Part shown: positions 11,601 through 19,046 of the stretch, piece by piece
Position numbering within the stretch: the first letter of the stretch is position 1
Layout: the number at the start of each line of letters is the position of its first letter
Assembly: GCA_036386675.1 (NCBI GenBank)
Contig: DASVVE010000063.1
Span: 2,279-66,278 of the forward strand
DNA length: 64,000 nt
Reading direction: 5' to 3'
Source of the DNA: Chloroflexia bacterium
GTDB taxonomy: Bacteria > Chloroflexota > Chloroflexia > QHBQ01 > JADMIH01
Position numbers and translations under genes: made by a program
The notes under the pieces: model-generated
The model's database searches: none
Told to the model about the DNA's origin: nothing
What the model saw: the letters and a program-made list of their open reading frames with translations, nothing else

Positions 11601-11876
11601 GGTGTTGAGCGTGCTCACATGCCAGTCGAAAATGTCCTCGTTCCTGGAGGGCCAGTTGATCTGCGGCGTCGTATAATTGAGGATCGACATCTCGTCGGGG
11701 TTCTGCCAGGTGCCCTGGTCGTACATGCGCCCGTAGAAGCGGAAGAAGGTGGCGCACGCCATAATCAACACGAGGAGCAACAACACCCTGTGCCGCCGCC
11801 AGAACGGCTCGCGTTCTCGCCCGGCTGCTTCCAGGGGCCGATCTACCGACAGGGTGGTAACATGCTGTGAAGACAA
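5682..11876 (-). CDS. Giant polytopic membrane protein: N-terminal GT-C/PMT-like glycosyltransferase module, two hydrophobic 'Chlor_Arch_YYY' (DUF2298-type) modules, C-terminal TPR repeats
   Basis: 2064 aa. N-terminal module has its first TM followed by a loop with NPDE (Asp-Glu as in GT39/GT83 loop 1), many TMs, then a soluble segment beginning EHWDYG at about residue 525. YYYxG motif (GGFINYYYYGYF, nt ~9240–9260). Long low-complexity acidic/Gly inserts. C-terminal ~160 aa are TPR-like repeats. Architecture matches the TIGR03662 description (N-terminal region + 2 YYY copies + 3–4 TPR). Confidence 0.8.
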   Translation of the reverse strand: MSSQHVTTLSVDRPLEAAGREREPFWRRHRVLLLLVLIMACATFFRFYGRMYDQGTWQNPDEMSILNYTTPQINWPSRNEDIFDWHVSTLNTRRDELNEYPWGAFPIYLERATGWLLDSVLPPTSTQPDGYWVRSIEGIAIIGRSLASIFDLITVLLVFLVARRLYSSGTALIAAALYGFAVTAIQIAHFFIVESFLVTFIMGAVYFSVVLMQRPRWWVAVAAGACLGLAVACKISVLPIALVIVAAVVLRAVYRKRTRRLGAEFGDPVGVSPATTEERERSFGGHLLGGAKYVLLAAVFSLLAFAVGEPYVLWSFDFSTLSSGGLDALIQSNPWSRRIRGEQAVQSGLSPVPFTRQYIGTAPVVYQLEQMVFWGMGLVPGLMSVIGALAAFWQALRRRPAEILLLSAGIPYFLTIATLLSKWMRYMLPLVPIFCILGAAFLVRGAIWSRKRFVARASADSSRRAVRLVSLQRGVFPALIALSIGWAFLWAVAFMNVYSQPHSRVQASEWIHDNVPREATLATEHWDYGLPISLPPRNGQDRSGYPTAFEMELYNFAQPDLELERIKTWLRRADYIIMSSNRLYGSIPRLPWQYPVQSKYYELLFAEKLGFVSANTTQVTPELFGIAINDQPADESFTVYDHPRVDVFKKVSELTDDQYRMLFSTALNRPIMSIDASNGKVEDDKGLSYTQPVNTLPQLDDYAWNPLGQEQTQWFAVALWLLLVEALGLLALPVVFTVFRNVPDRGYAVAKLAALLMIAWGMWIAASTRVIPFTIWGLLLMVGMLAALSTLCWRLGAGSQIREFFRTKRNLVLAYEAVFLVAFAGVLALRMANPDLWHTFQGGEKPMEIGFLNAVLRSPWMPALDPFFAGGFINYYYYGYFIIACLVKLLGIHPAIAFNLAVPLFYALTFTAGMSVVYNLVAWSQRRRGSTSQVSQSGIVFGALAGFLMLVIGNMHGLIQWVMITFPDVGRSIADLGSRLGFGEQSMYNYYPSFNYWDASRIINDTINEFPYWTFLFADLHPHLINMPFTVMAVLFILNLVLAGAYRKPLLLVSGNSALSWWQASRLRVASTLGWLWGSGATGALTFVLFALNLGALLVINSWDFPTYLGLAGGGAVVALLLLGRPRREWQAGAPAASDTSLRSHLTFREQVGMYGTALASVGLLAGLSLLAYLPFFLNFKAFYTAINALVDGGRIADTAEFMHRTTVGEFLVVWGLFVFIAASYLVYRLWHFPWTAAVDSLMGVLPRAAERPTTDLAPQQAFTLFGSGDRQRQGSGLVPALALPQGAPLPLDPVRFVRGSGEGTLDEQESTQEVDGRAAPEGTPPTNGPADSGGNGAVATTTDGNGNNPSSGGWLSAASAEADKTLKVRRRVTLGAVTATPFPGLSDSVDDSELGMHEVAVPAQSPVARTEAVEPGLIPLWAGLGLLGITAGLVVLQMVTGQWLLALLVALLGGIAATTLSTSRTAGNLFCGLLMMGALAVATGVELVYLADHLSRSDKFRMNTVFKFYMQVWVLWALAGASAIYYMLFGLREHALGTAGEREERLDETDSSLSAHGASVPTSSQTAVNSASHPAPRETQGSDGNRGAEPENWLVWSMEHASDATDVAQVEHTAPAADRVSGPAPLDITHGKDQEQEGPAIRWTVGRLVWLGAFALLLMSSLAFTFLGTPDRLVKRFGATPPAGTLNGLAFMTSAVFTADIGPDVPPVQVNLKYDYEAINWLNSNVKGAKVLAELPVEYYRAYGMRAAANTGLPMVVGGLHQEEQRYGWLVGDRRSDMNTFFTTPDVQVVLTLLSKYDIDYIYLGQLEQARAGATGMRKFEQLADPDVNILREVFRTQQPEGIAGTIIYEVVRDPARKVSTLVGAPVANSGIPGVSFTPIPAPTATPMPTPPTDDPELRALLDLVALDPLNRDNRFKLVDWYRQHNFPLDAARELETLVTQDPSNVALRHMLGDAYQQGGEPDKALKAWEDARDIDVNNPAGHNKVGIAYLDRKRMDDAIREFQATVERDPRFVEAYYHMGQAYQLKGDRENAIASYQKVIDNAPAGAEGWVDAARQRLTEVR

Positions 11877-12062
11877 TACGTAGCTCCTAGCTGCGCTTGA
11901 ACGGGATAGGTGGGATTTACGCGGAAAAGTGCAAGCAACCCAAATGTGAGAAGGGGCCGAACCCCACCTCTACAGGCGATTTTAACACAGAGCGATTACC
12001 TGGGGCAAGACCCCGCCGGTCAAGCGTGCGTAGCAAGGAGGCTAATTGCGTGGGAGCGCGGT

Positions 12063-12092
12063 TTGACAAGGTGACTGACCCACGAGAATAAT
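12063..12092 (+). promoter_or_regulatory. Putative sigma70-like promoter (TTGACA–18 nt–AATAAT) upstream of the NUDIX gene
   Basis: TTGACA at 12063–12068, AATAAT at 12087–12092, ~23 nt before the ATG at 12116. Confidence 0.3.
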
Positions 12093-12115
12093 AGCCTGAA
12101 AGAACCGCGACGAGA

Positions 12116-12640
12116 GTGAGATCCATGCTTGAGTATAAGTACTGCCCCATGTGCGCGGCGCCGCTCCAGGTGCTTCACCTTCCGACCGAAGACCGGCCCC
12201 GCCTCGTATGCTGCGGCTGCGGCCACGTATTCTACGTCAACCCCAAGGTGGTGAGTGGCACCCTTCCCATCGACAGGGGTCGTGTGTGGCTGTTGAGGCG
12301 CGGCATAGAGCCGAGGGTAGGCTACTGGACGCACCCGGCGGGCTACCAGGAGTGGGATGAGACGACCGAGGAGGCGGCGGTCCGCGAGACACGAGAAGAA
12401 ATCGGGTGTGAGGTCAGGCTCGACAGTCTGCTGGGAGTCTATTCTCGTGCCGCTGCCCCTGTAGTGAACGTGATCTACGTTGCATCGCTCGTTGGCCCCG
12501 ACCAACGGCCCCGCCTTACGCCCGAAGCCACAGAGGTGCAGGCGTTTGCCCACGACCAGATACCGTGGGACGACCTGGCCTTCATCAGCACCGAACGCGC
12601 CTTGCGTGACTGGATAGAGCTAGTTCGACGGTCGGCGTGA
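12116..12640 (+). CDS. NUDIX hydrolase with N-terminal C4 zinc-ribbon
   Basis: 174 aa; CPMC…CCGCGH zinc ribbon; NUDIX box GYWTHPAGYQEWDETTEEAAVRETREEIG. Confidence 0.8.
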   Translation: MRSMLEYKYCPMCAAPLQVLHLPTEDRPRLVCCGCGHVFYVNPKVVSGTLPIDRGRVWLLRRGIEPRVGYWTHPAGYQEWDETTEEAAVRETREEIGCEVRLDSLLGVYSRAAAPVVNVIYVASLVGPDQRPRLTPEATEVQAFAHDQIPWDDLAFISTERALRDWIELVRRSA

Positions 12641-12648
12641 GGCGTGCG

Positions 12649-13179
12649 CTACAAGTCGGTACCGGGCTTCTGTGCACGCTCCTCGTCTTCCCCTGGCGAG
12701 GGGTAATATAGATCGTCGCTGACTTCCGTCTCCGGGCTGTAAGGTGTTTCCGCGTGTGGCATCGCGTAGTGGATGTGGGGAAGCTCCACTGCCTCGCGAG
12801 AGCCGTTCGAGTCGACCGAGGGTGCAACAGTTTGGGCCGCCAGGTGCTCCGCGATGCGGGGCGGCATATCCCCCCCGGCCATGAACTGGGCTTTCTCCTC
12901 GTCCGTCATCATCTCCAGGACGGGGTGAATCTGTTCGGGTCTGCCGTTCCGGCGGGCGGGTGGTGTGTTGAAGGTGCTAGTGGTCGTAGTCGCCACATTG
13001 TTCAGCTCCGTGGAGATGTCCCGCCAGACGCTCCTCGCAGGCTCAACGGCACGGCGCACTTCGGCAATGCCCTTACCTATGGAGCGGGCGGCTTCGGGCA
13101 GGCGCTCAGGCCCTAGCACAATCAGCGCAACGAGCGCGATCAGCATTATCTCCCCGAAACCCATGCCGAATATTTCCAC
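12649..13179 (-). CDS. tatA: Twin-arginine translocase subunit, TatA/TatB family (length suggests TatB-like)
   Basis: 176 aa; N-terminus FGMGFGEIMLIALVALIVLGPERLPE (Tat TM + amphipathic-helix signature) followed by a charged tail. Confidence 0.75.
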   Translation of the reverse strand: MEIFGMGFGEIMLIALVALIVLGPERLPEAARSIGKGIAEVRRAVEPARSVWRDISTELNNVATTTTSTFNTPPARRNGRPEQIHPVLEMMTDEEKAQFMAGGDMPPRIAEHLAAQTVAPSVDSNGSREAVELPHIHYAMPHAETPYSPETEVSDDLYYPSPGEDEERAQKPGTDL

Positions 13180-13235
13180 GCTAACTCCTGGACCGGTTCT
13201 CGCGAAAAAGTGCGCCTGTCAGCAAGTAATATCCT

Positions 13236-13697
13236 CTAGCTCGCATTCTGCGGGGCACTTGAAGCTACCTCAGCCGACACCCAACGATAGTAATCGCCAT
13301 TTGCGTGCGCGGGCACAATTCTCAAAATGCAGGGTACATCATAGCTGTGGATTTGTTCGATCAGCGCTGCCGCGTCGTTGGCGCGCGAGGCCAAAGTCTT
13401 GCAGACCAGCACCATTTCTTGCGCGTCTGCCACTTCGTCGTTCCACCTGTATAACGACCGCGACGCGTAAATATTGGCGCAAGCGATTAGGCGTTCCGCC
13501 AGCAAGCGCGACCCGATGCCTGCGGCCTCTGTTTCGCTGCTACACGGGACATAAAGCATTGCGAGCGGATCGGCTGCCTGTGAACGTTCTTTCATGTTTA
13601 CACCATTATAACCATCGACGGTGCCGGTCACAATAGGGCCATTCGGCACGAGCCGTGGGCAATCGACGCTTTGGTCGGCTAACGTTTGAACTAGCAA
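13236..13697 (-). CDS. cutA: CutA1 divalent-cation tolerance protein family
   Basis: CutA-like C-terminus (SYDVPCILRIVP…GDYYRWV); the true start is probably the internal Met near 13595 (MKERSQ…). Confidence 0.7.
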   Translation of the reverse strand: MLVQTLADQSVDCPRLVPNGPIVTGTVDGYNGVNMKERSQAADPLAMLYVPCSSETEAAGIGSRLLAERLIACANIYASRSLYRWNDEVADAQEMVLVCKTLASRANDAAALIEQIHSYDVPCILRIVPAHANGDYYRWVSAEVASSAPQNAS

Positions 13698-13780
13698 GTA
13701 CCATGCGCTGTACTTTATAATGGAGATGCGTACCTCTACAACTACGTGTCGCCGCCTGAACCTCCAGAAGTGAGGACGCC

Positions 13781-15829
13781 TTGCTAGTCTTGTCGAAGCG
13801 GCCCCGGGTAAGTCTCAACGCCGATACCTGGAGCCTCACAATCGAAAACGCGCTTCGTGCCGCCGGGCAAAGGATTTTCTGGCGGCGCGCCCTGCGCATG
13901 GCGGCGCTTTCCCTACCTCTCCTTGTACTTAGTGTCGCGGCTTACATAGCCGTGCTCCGATTTACGCTCGCCAGCCTACCTGCCTGGCCCGTGCCGGTCG
14001 CGTTCGCCTGTTGGCTGCTGATAGTTGGACTGTGGACCCGCGCGCAACCGGTGACCAGCGCCGAGGCCGCCCGCTTCATAGACCACTCGCTCGGGCTTGA
14101 CGAACGGGTATCCACATCGGTCGAGTTGATAAACTCGGCCAGGCTGGTGCGTTCGCAAGCGCCCCGCACCGGAGTGCATTACGCATTGCTCGCGGATACC
14201 GCCGAGGCACTCAATGACCGGCTGCACGGTCTGCCCGGAGCACTTCGCTTCCGCTGGACCCGACTCAACGCGGTGGCGGTGGCGGTCGCGCTGCTGGCGC
14301 TCATGGGCGCGATGACAGTGCCCACGCAGGCCGAGTTTGCTCGCGGCGAGCGGAGCGCGTTGGCGAAAGCGGTCCAGGATCAGTTGGCGCAGGTCCAGGT
14401 GCTGCGCGCTGACGTCGAGGTCAACGAACTTCTTTCTTCGGACCTGAAAGCGTCCATCCTGCAGGAGCTTTCCTCGCTGGAAAGCACGCTCCAGAACTCC
14501 TCGCTCGACCAGGCGACGGCGATAGCTACCCTGGCTGACGCGGAGCAGCGACTGCGGGCTATGCTTGAAACGCCGTCGGCGGACTTCGATGGCCTGGTGG
14601 CGGCCGCGCAACTTGTGTGGAACGCCGCTGTCCAGAACCTGGAATGGGAGGTAGACCAGTCGCTTTATACCACCGACCTGGGGAGGGCCTCCGAAGCCTC
14701 GTTGTTCTTGAGCGAGAACGTGAGGAGAATGACTCCCAACGCGGAACGGCGCGTCGCGTTCAGCCTGGAGCGCGCCTCGGGGCAGGCGTCGGGACGCGAG
14801 CCGGACCTCGGTAGGGTGCTCGCGGAAGCCTCGACCTCGGTCCGCAGCCGCGACCATACCCCGGCAGTCCGCGCCCTGGTAGACGCCTCGGAGAAGTTCG
14901 CTGCTGCCAATAACCAACGAGAAGACTCTGTAGCGCTCGAAAATGTGCTGTCGCAACTGAACAAGGGACGCGAACAACTCGCGCAGGCCGGGCGGCCTCA
15001 GACCAAGAAGGCCCAGGTTGGGTTCCGACGCCGTGGCCCGGCAGCAGCCAACCCGAACGCAACCCCAGACCTCGGAAACTTTGACCCTGATGCCGAAGTT
15101 GCGGAAGGCGGGGCCAATGGCAGCCAGGGCAGCGAGAGCGTCAGCGGCCTTGGCCCGCTCGTGGGGGAGAACAACGTAGCCGCGTACGGTGGCTCGCAGT
15201 CGTCGGACGGGACGGGAGGGCAGCCGGCGCAGACTGAGGGTCAGGATGGCACTACCTCGCCAGGCAGCGGCCCTGGTGGTGGCACAAACGCGCAGGAGGG
15301 CGGGCAAGCAGAAGGCAGCCAGCAAACCTCAGGTGGTGGTACCGCCGGTGGCGGGACCTCCGACTCGGGCGAGCAAGGAACTCTCGGCGGCTCGGTGACG
15401 GGGCCGGTGGGAGGCGTGGGAGGAGCAATCAGCCACGTACCGAACCCCTCAGGGCAAGGCAACGCTACCGAGGCCAACAGCACCCCCGTGCCGGGCCAGG
15501 AGGAAAGCGATACAGGTGGGGAGCAAGTCTACGTACCCGGCGGTACTGAAGGCGATAGTGCCGGAATCGAGACGGCGCCTGAGGTAGCGGACGCGAACTC
15601 AGAAGAACCCAACACAGAAGGCGTGGGCGGCCGCATAGGTGAAGGGGATAGCGGTGGGGCCGACGTCTCCTCAGGCACGGGAGAAGGTGGTGCGGTACGC
15701 GTGCAGACACCGTACCGGGAAGTGCTGGCCGAGTACGCGCGCCAGGCTACGGAGGCTATCGATCGTGCTTATGTACCCCCTGATGCTAAGGAATATGTGA
15801 AGAATTACTTCTCCGAACTTGGTAAATAG
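13781..15829 (+). CDS. Membrane-anchored hypothetical protein: N-terminal TM helices, alpha-helical middle, long Gly/Ser/Thr/Glu-rich disordered region, conserved-looking C-terminal ~40 aa
   Basis: 682 aa; hydrophobic segments at the N-terminus; ~250 aa low-complexity (GGTSDSGEQGTLGG…); ends YREVLAEYARQATEAIDRAYVPPDAKEYVKNYFSELGK; directly upstream of MoxR. Confidence 0.6.
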   Translation: MLVLSKRPRVSLNADTWSLTIENALRAAGQRIFWRRALRMAALSLPLLVLSVAAYIAVLRFTLASLPAWPVPVAFACWLLIVGLWTRAQPVTSAEAARFIDHSLGLDERVSTSVELINSARLVRSQAPRTGVHYALLADTAEALNDRLHGLPGALRFRWTRLNAVAVAVALLALMGAMTVPTQAEFARGERSALAKAVQDQLAQVQVLRADVEVNELLSSDLKASILQELSSLESTLQNSSLDQATAIATLADAEQRLRAMLETPSADFDGLVAAAQLVWNAAVQNLEWEVDQSLYTTDLGRASEASLFLSENVRRMTPNAERRVAFSLERASGQASGREPDLGRVLAEASTSVRSRDHTPAVRALVDASEKFAAANNQREDSVALENVLSQLNKGREQLAQAGRPQTKKAQVGFRRRGPAAANPNATPDLGNFDPDAEVAEGGANGSQGSESVSGLGPLVGENNVAAYGGSQSSDGTGGQPAQTEGQDGTTSPGSGPGGGTNAQEGGQAEGSQQTSGGGTAGGGTSDSGEQGTLGGSVTGPVGGVGGAISHVPNPSGQGNATEANSTPVPGQEESDTGGEQVYVPGGTEGDSAGIETAPEVADANSEEPNTEGVGGRIGEGDSGGADVSSGTGEGGAVRVQTPYREVLAEYARQATEAIDRAYVPPDAKEYVKNYFSELGK

Positions 15830-15902
15830 TCTGCCTTGCTGGTGACGTGAGATATGCATTGTAGACCTTGCCGCCGTACTAAAGATTCCCAAGGAGCACC
15901 GA

Positions 15903-16946
15903 GTGGCACTGACTGAGAGAGAGACGAGCGCTGTTGGCACGGGCAACGTGACTCACCCGCGACGCGAGATGAGTCCGGAGGCATTTAGAGAACGGGCGGT
16001 GGCGATTGAGCAGGAAGTCGGCAAGGTAATCGTAGGGCAGCGCAACCTGATACACCAGGTGCTTGTCGCGCTCGTCGCGGGCGGCAATGTGCTCCTAGAG
16101 GGCGTGCCGGGCCTCGGCAAGACGGTGCTGGTAAGGACGCTTGCCGACGTGATCGACTGCCAGTTCAGCCGCGTGCAGTTCACTCCGGACCTGATGCCCG
16201 CCGACATCATCGGCACGAACATCCTCAACGAGGACGAGCATGGCCGCCGCGCCTTTGAGTTCCAGCCCGGCCCGGTGTTTGCCAATCTGCTGCTGGCCGA
16301 CGAAATCAACCGGGCTACCCCGAAGACGCAATCGGCGTTACTCGAGTCGATGCAAGAGGGCACCGTGTCGGTGGCTCGCACGATCTACGAGCTACCCAAG
16401 CCCTTCTTCGTGCTCGCCACGCAGAACCCCCTGGAAATGGAGGGCACGTATCCACTGCCGGAGGCGCAACTCGACCGCTTCTTCTTCAAGCTGGAAGTGG
16501 GCTTCCCTACCGCGGCGGAACTGATAGCTATCTCGGACCGCACAACTTCGGGAATCGATCCTAACGTGGGGCGGGTGGCGGATGCGCAGGACATCCTGGC
16601 TATGCAGCACCTTGCCCGACAGACGCCGATTGCCACACATGTCACGGCCTACGCGGTGCGCATATTGAGGGCCACCCACCCGGACAACCCTGAGGCGGTT
16701 CCCCTCGTGAAGCGCTACGTCCGCTACGGCGGCTCACCAAGGGCGTTACAGGCGATGATTCTCGCGGGCAAGATAATGGCGCTGCTCGACGGGCGTTACA
16801 ACGTGGCCTTCCGCGACATTCGGACGGCCGCGCTGCCCGCGTTGCGTCACAGGCTCATCCTGAACTTTGACGGCGAAGCGGAAGGCATCTCCCCGGATGC
16901 GATTGTCGCGGGCGTGTTGGAAGAAACGTCAGAAGAGATGAAGTAA
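15903..16946 (+). CDS. MoxR-family AAA+ ATPase
   Basis: 347 aa; Walker A GVPGLGKT, Walker B LLADEINRA; MoxR-typical length and C-terminal lid. Confidence 0.85.
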   Translation: MALTERETSAVGTGNVTHPRREMSPEAFRERAVAIEQEVGKVIVGQRNLIHQVLVALVAGGNVLLEGVPGLGKTVLVRTLADVIDCQFSRVQFTPDLMPADIIGTNILNEDEHGRRAFEFQPGPVFANLLLADEINRATPKTQSALLESMQEGTVSVARTIYELPKPFFVLATQNPLEMEGTYPLPEAQLDRFFFKLEVGFPTAAELIAISDRTTSGIDPNVGRVADAQDILAMQHLARQTPIATHVTAYAVRILRATHPDNPEAVPLVKRYVRYGGSPRALQAMILAGKIMALLDGRYNVAFRDIRTAALPALRHRLILNFDGEAEGISPDAIVAGVLEETSEEMK

Positions 16947-17025
16947 CTTGATGCCACCGAGTGGTATCGCTCCAGTGCGTAGCGGGGCAGAAGTTTGCCT
17001 GGCCGGCGCGGGAGAGCGTTAGGCG

Positions 17026-19035
17026 GTGGGTACGATGGGGCTATTGCAACCACTTGCGCTCCTGGCGCTACCCCTGGTCGGGTTCATTCTCGCACTTTAC
17101 TTGCTGCGATTCCGGCGGCCCAGCGCGCCGGTTGGTAGCCTCCACCTTTGGGACAATCTCACACGCGACCGAGAGGCGAACTCCCTGTGGCAGCGACTGC
17201 AACTCACGGGTCTCTTGCTGCTCCAGCTGCTGGTGATGTTGGCCCTCATCCTGGCGCTCGCGCGTCCGTGGGTACCGTCCGAGACTGCTGCCGGACAGAA
17301 CGCGATCATAATCGTGGACACGTCAGCAAGCATGGGCGCCATGGATGGCGGCACCAGTCCCCGGAAAAGCAGGCTTGAGGCCGCCCTTGAAAAGGCACGC
17401 AGCCTGGTGGACGACCTGCCGCAGGGTGCAATTGCCGCCATCATTACCTCTGATGAACATGCCGCCGTTCTTGTGGCCCCGACTGACGATAAGTCTAGGC
17501 TTCGGGACGGTCTTTCTGGGCTGCGGCCTCAACCTACGGGCACCAACATGTACGAGGCTATTCAACTCGCTTCGGTGCTCGCGCAGAAGCAATCGAACGC
17601 AGTAATATGGGTGCTCTCCGACGGTATATTCCCCGCGACAAGAGGGAACGCCGAACAGGTGCCGGCGGAGGTACGCTATTTCTCCGTGGGGCGCGCCGCT
17701 TCCAACCAGGCCATCACCGCCATATCCGTCGACCAGCGTGGGGGTAGTCTGGGGCTGTTTGTGCAACTCGCCAACGCCGACAACCTGACTGTGACGCGCA
17801 GACTGGACGTGCTTGTGGATGATGCTCACTGGAACGCGCGCACGGTGTCGTTGGGGCCGCTCGAGACGCAGGAATTGATCGTCGACGACCTGCCTATCGA
17901 CGGGCGAGTGATAGCGGCGCACCTGGACGGCCTCGATGAGCTTGAGATAGATGACACGGCCTGGACGGTGAACAGGGCGAGCGTGCCTGCCAACGTGCTT
18001 GTGGTGACGAACGGCAACAAGTTCCTGGAACTCTCCCTGGCGCTACTGCCGAATGTTACCCTTTACAAGGTGGCACCGGCCGAATACGACCCTGGCGCTA
18101 CCCTTGAAGGTATACCCTTTGACCTGACGGTGCTGGATGCCGGAGTCGTCTCACCTACCTTGTCCAGGCTGCCTGACGGTAACATGCTCATCTTTGAACC
18201 GAAAGCCTCAACGTCTATCTTCACAATCGGGGACCAGATTATTGCGCCGGTGCCTTCGTTCTCTCCCCTGGAGTCGGGGGGGCTGTCCAGCACGTCCGAG
18301 TCCTCCGGACGCGACCCACTGCTGCGGTTCGTGGACCTCTCCAACTTACATGTCTCCCAGGCGGCCCAGGTCAACCTGCCCACCTGGGGCCACGCCGTAC
18401 TCGGGAGCGACAAAGGTCCTCTGATCATCGCAGGCGAGGAGAGTGGCCGTAAGGTGAGCATTGTTGCCTTTGACCTACAGCAGAGTGACCTTCCATTACA
18501 GATGGCGTACCCATTGCTCATGCGCAACCTTGTCACGTACCTGCTGCCTGACCCTACAGGAGGGGTGCCCGTAGCCGTCACGCCAGGCTCGATTGTCACG
18601 GTGGATGCCGTCGACCAGGCGGTGAACAAGCTGCTGGTGGAAGACCCCTCCGGCAAGGAGTGGACATACGATCTGGTACCGGAACGGAGGCGGGTAGCCT
18701 TCCCGGAGACACGGCAGCCTGGAGTGTATTACATCACCCAGTACGCCCTCGAGGAAATAGTTGCTCAGGAGGCGTTTGCCGTCAACCTGGCCTCCCGTGA
18801 CGAGTCAGCCATCCGCCCCAACCCTGAGCCTGGCTTGCCCGTAGGCGTCCGACCGAACGCCGGTGCAACGACGGTGTCGGACGGCAACCCGTTCCGCCGC
18901 GAGTTTTGGCCTCATGTTGCGGTTGCGGGCTTCGCTGTGTTACTGGCTGAGTGGTTTATTGCACAACGTCTCACACTACGACGCGCCTTCCTGGAATGGC
19001 GCAACCGCCGTGCCCTTCGCAAGTTGAGCACTTAG
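17026..19035 (+). CDS. BatA-like protein: N-terminal double-TM aerotolerance-regulator domain + von Willebrand A domain + long C-terminal region + C-terminal TM
   Basis: 669 aa; N-terminus LLALPLVGFILALYLLRFRRP (BatA_N/TIGR02226-type); vWA MIDAS IIVDTSASM; C-terminal hydrophobic helix. Confidence 0.75.
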   Translation: MGTMGLLQPLALLALPLVGFILALYLLRFRRPSAPVGSLHLWDNLTRDREANSLWQRLQLTGLLLLQLLVMLALILALARPWVPSETAAGQNAIIIVDTSASMGAMDGGTSPRKSRLEAALEKARSLVDDLPQGAIAAIITSDEHAAVLVAPTDDKSRLRDGLSGLRPQPTGTNMYEAIQLASVLAQKQSNAVIWVLSDGIFPATRGNAEQVPAEVRYFSVGRAASNQAITAISVDQRGGSLGLFVQLANADNLTVTRRLDVLVDDAHWNARTVSLGPLETQELIVDDLPIDGRVIAAHLDGLDELEIDDTAWTVNRASVPANVLVVTNGNKFLELSLALLPNVTLYKVAPAEYDPGATLEGIPFDLTVLDAGVVSPTLSRLPDGNMLIFEPKASTSIFTIGDQIIAPVPSFSPLESGGLSSTSESSGRDPLLRFVDLSNLHVSQAAQVNLPTWGHAVLGSDKGPLIIAGEESGRKVSIVAFDLQQSDLPLQMAYPLLMRNLVTYLLPDPTGGVPVAVTPGSIVTVDAVDQAVNKLLVEDPSGKEWTYDLVPERRRVAFPETRQPGVYYITQYALEEIVAQEAFAVNLASRDESAIRPNPEPGLPVGVRPNAGATTVSDGNPFRREFWPHVAVAGFAVLLAEWFIAQRLTLRRAFLEWRNRRALRKLST

Positions 19036-19046
19036 TAGAAGGAAAC

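Noticed and set aside
5708-11870. Dozens of 60–280-aa ORFs on the plus strand inside the giant minus-strand gene (e.g. 8808–9623, 11019–11870), and similar antisense ORFs inside liv, liu, copCD and other genes
   Set aside because: Expected artefact of high GC (rare stop codons) on the antisense strand. Their products are Arg/Pro/Gly-rich with no motifs, lack RBSs, and are entirely nested in well-supported genes.
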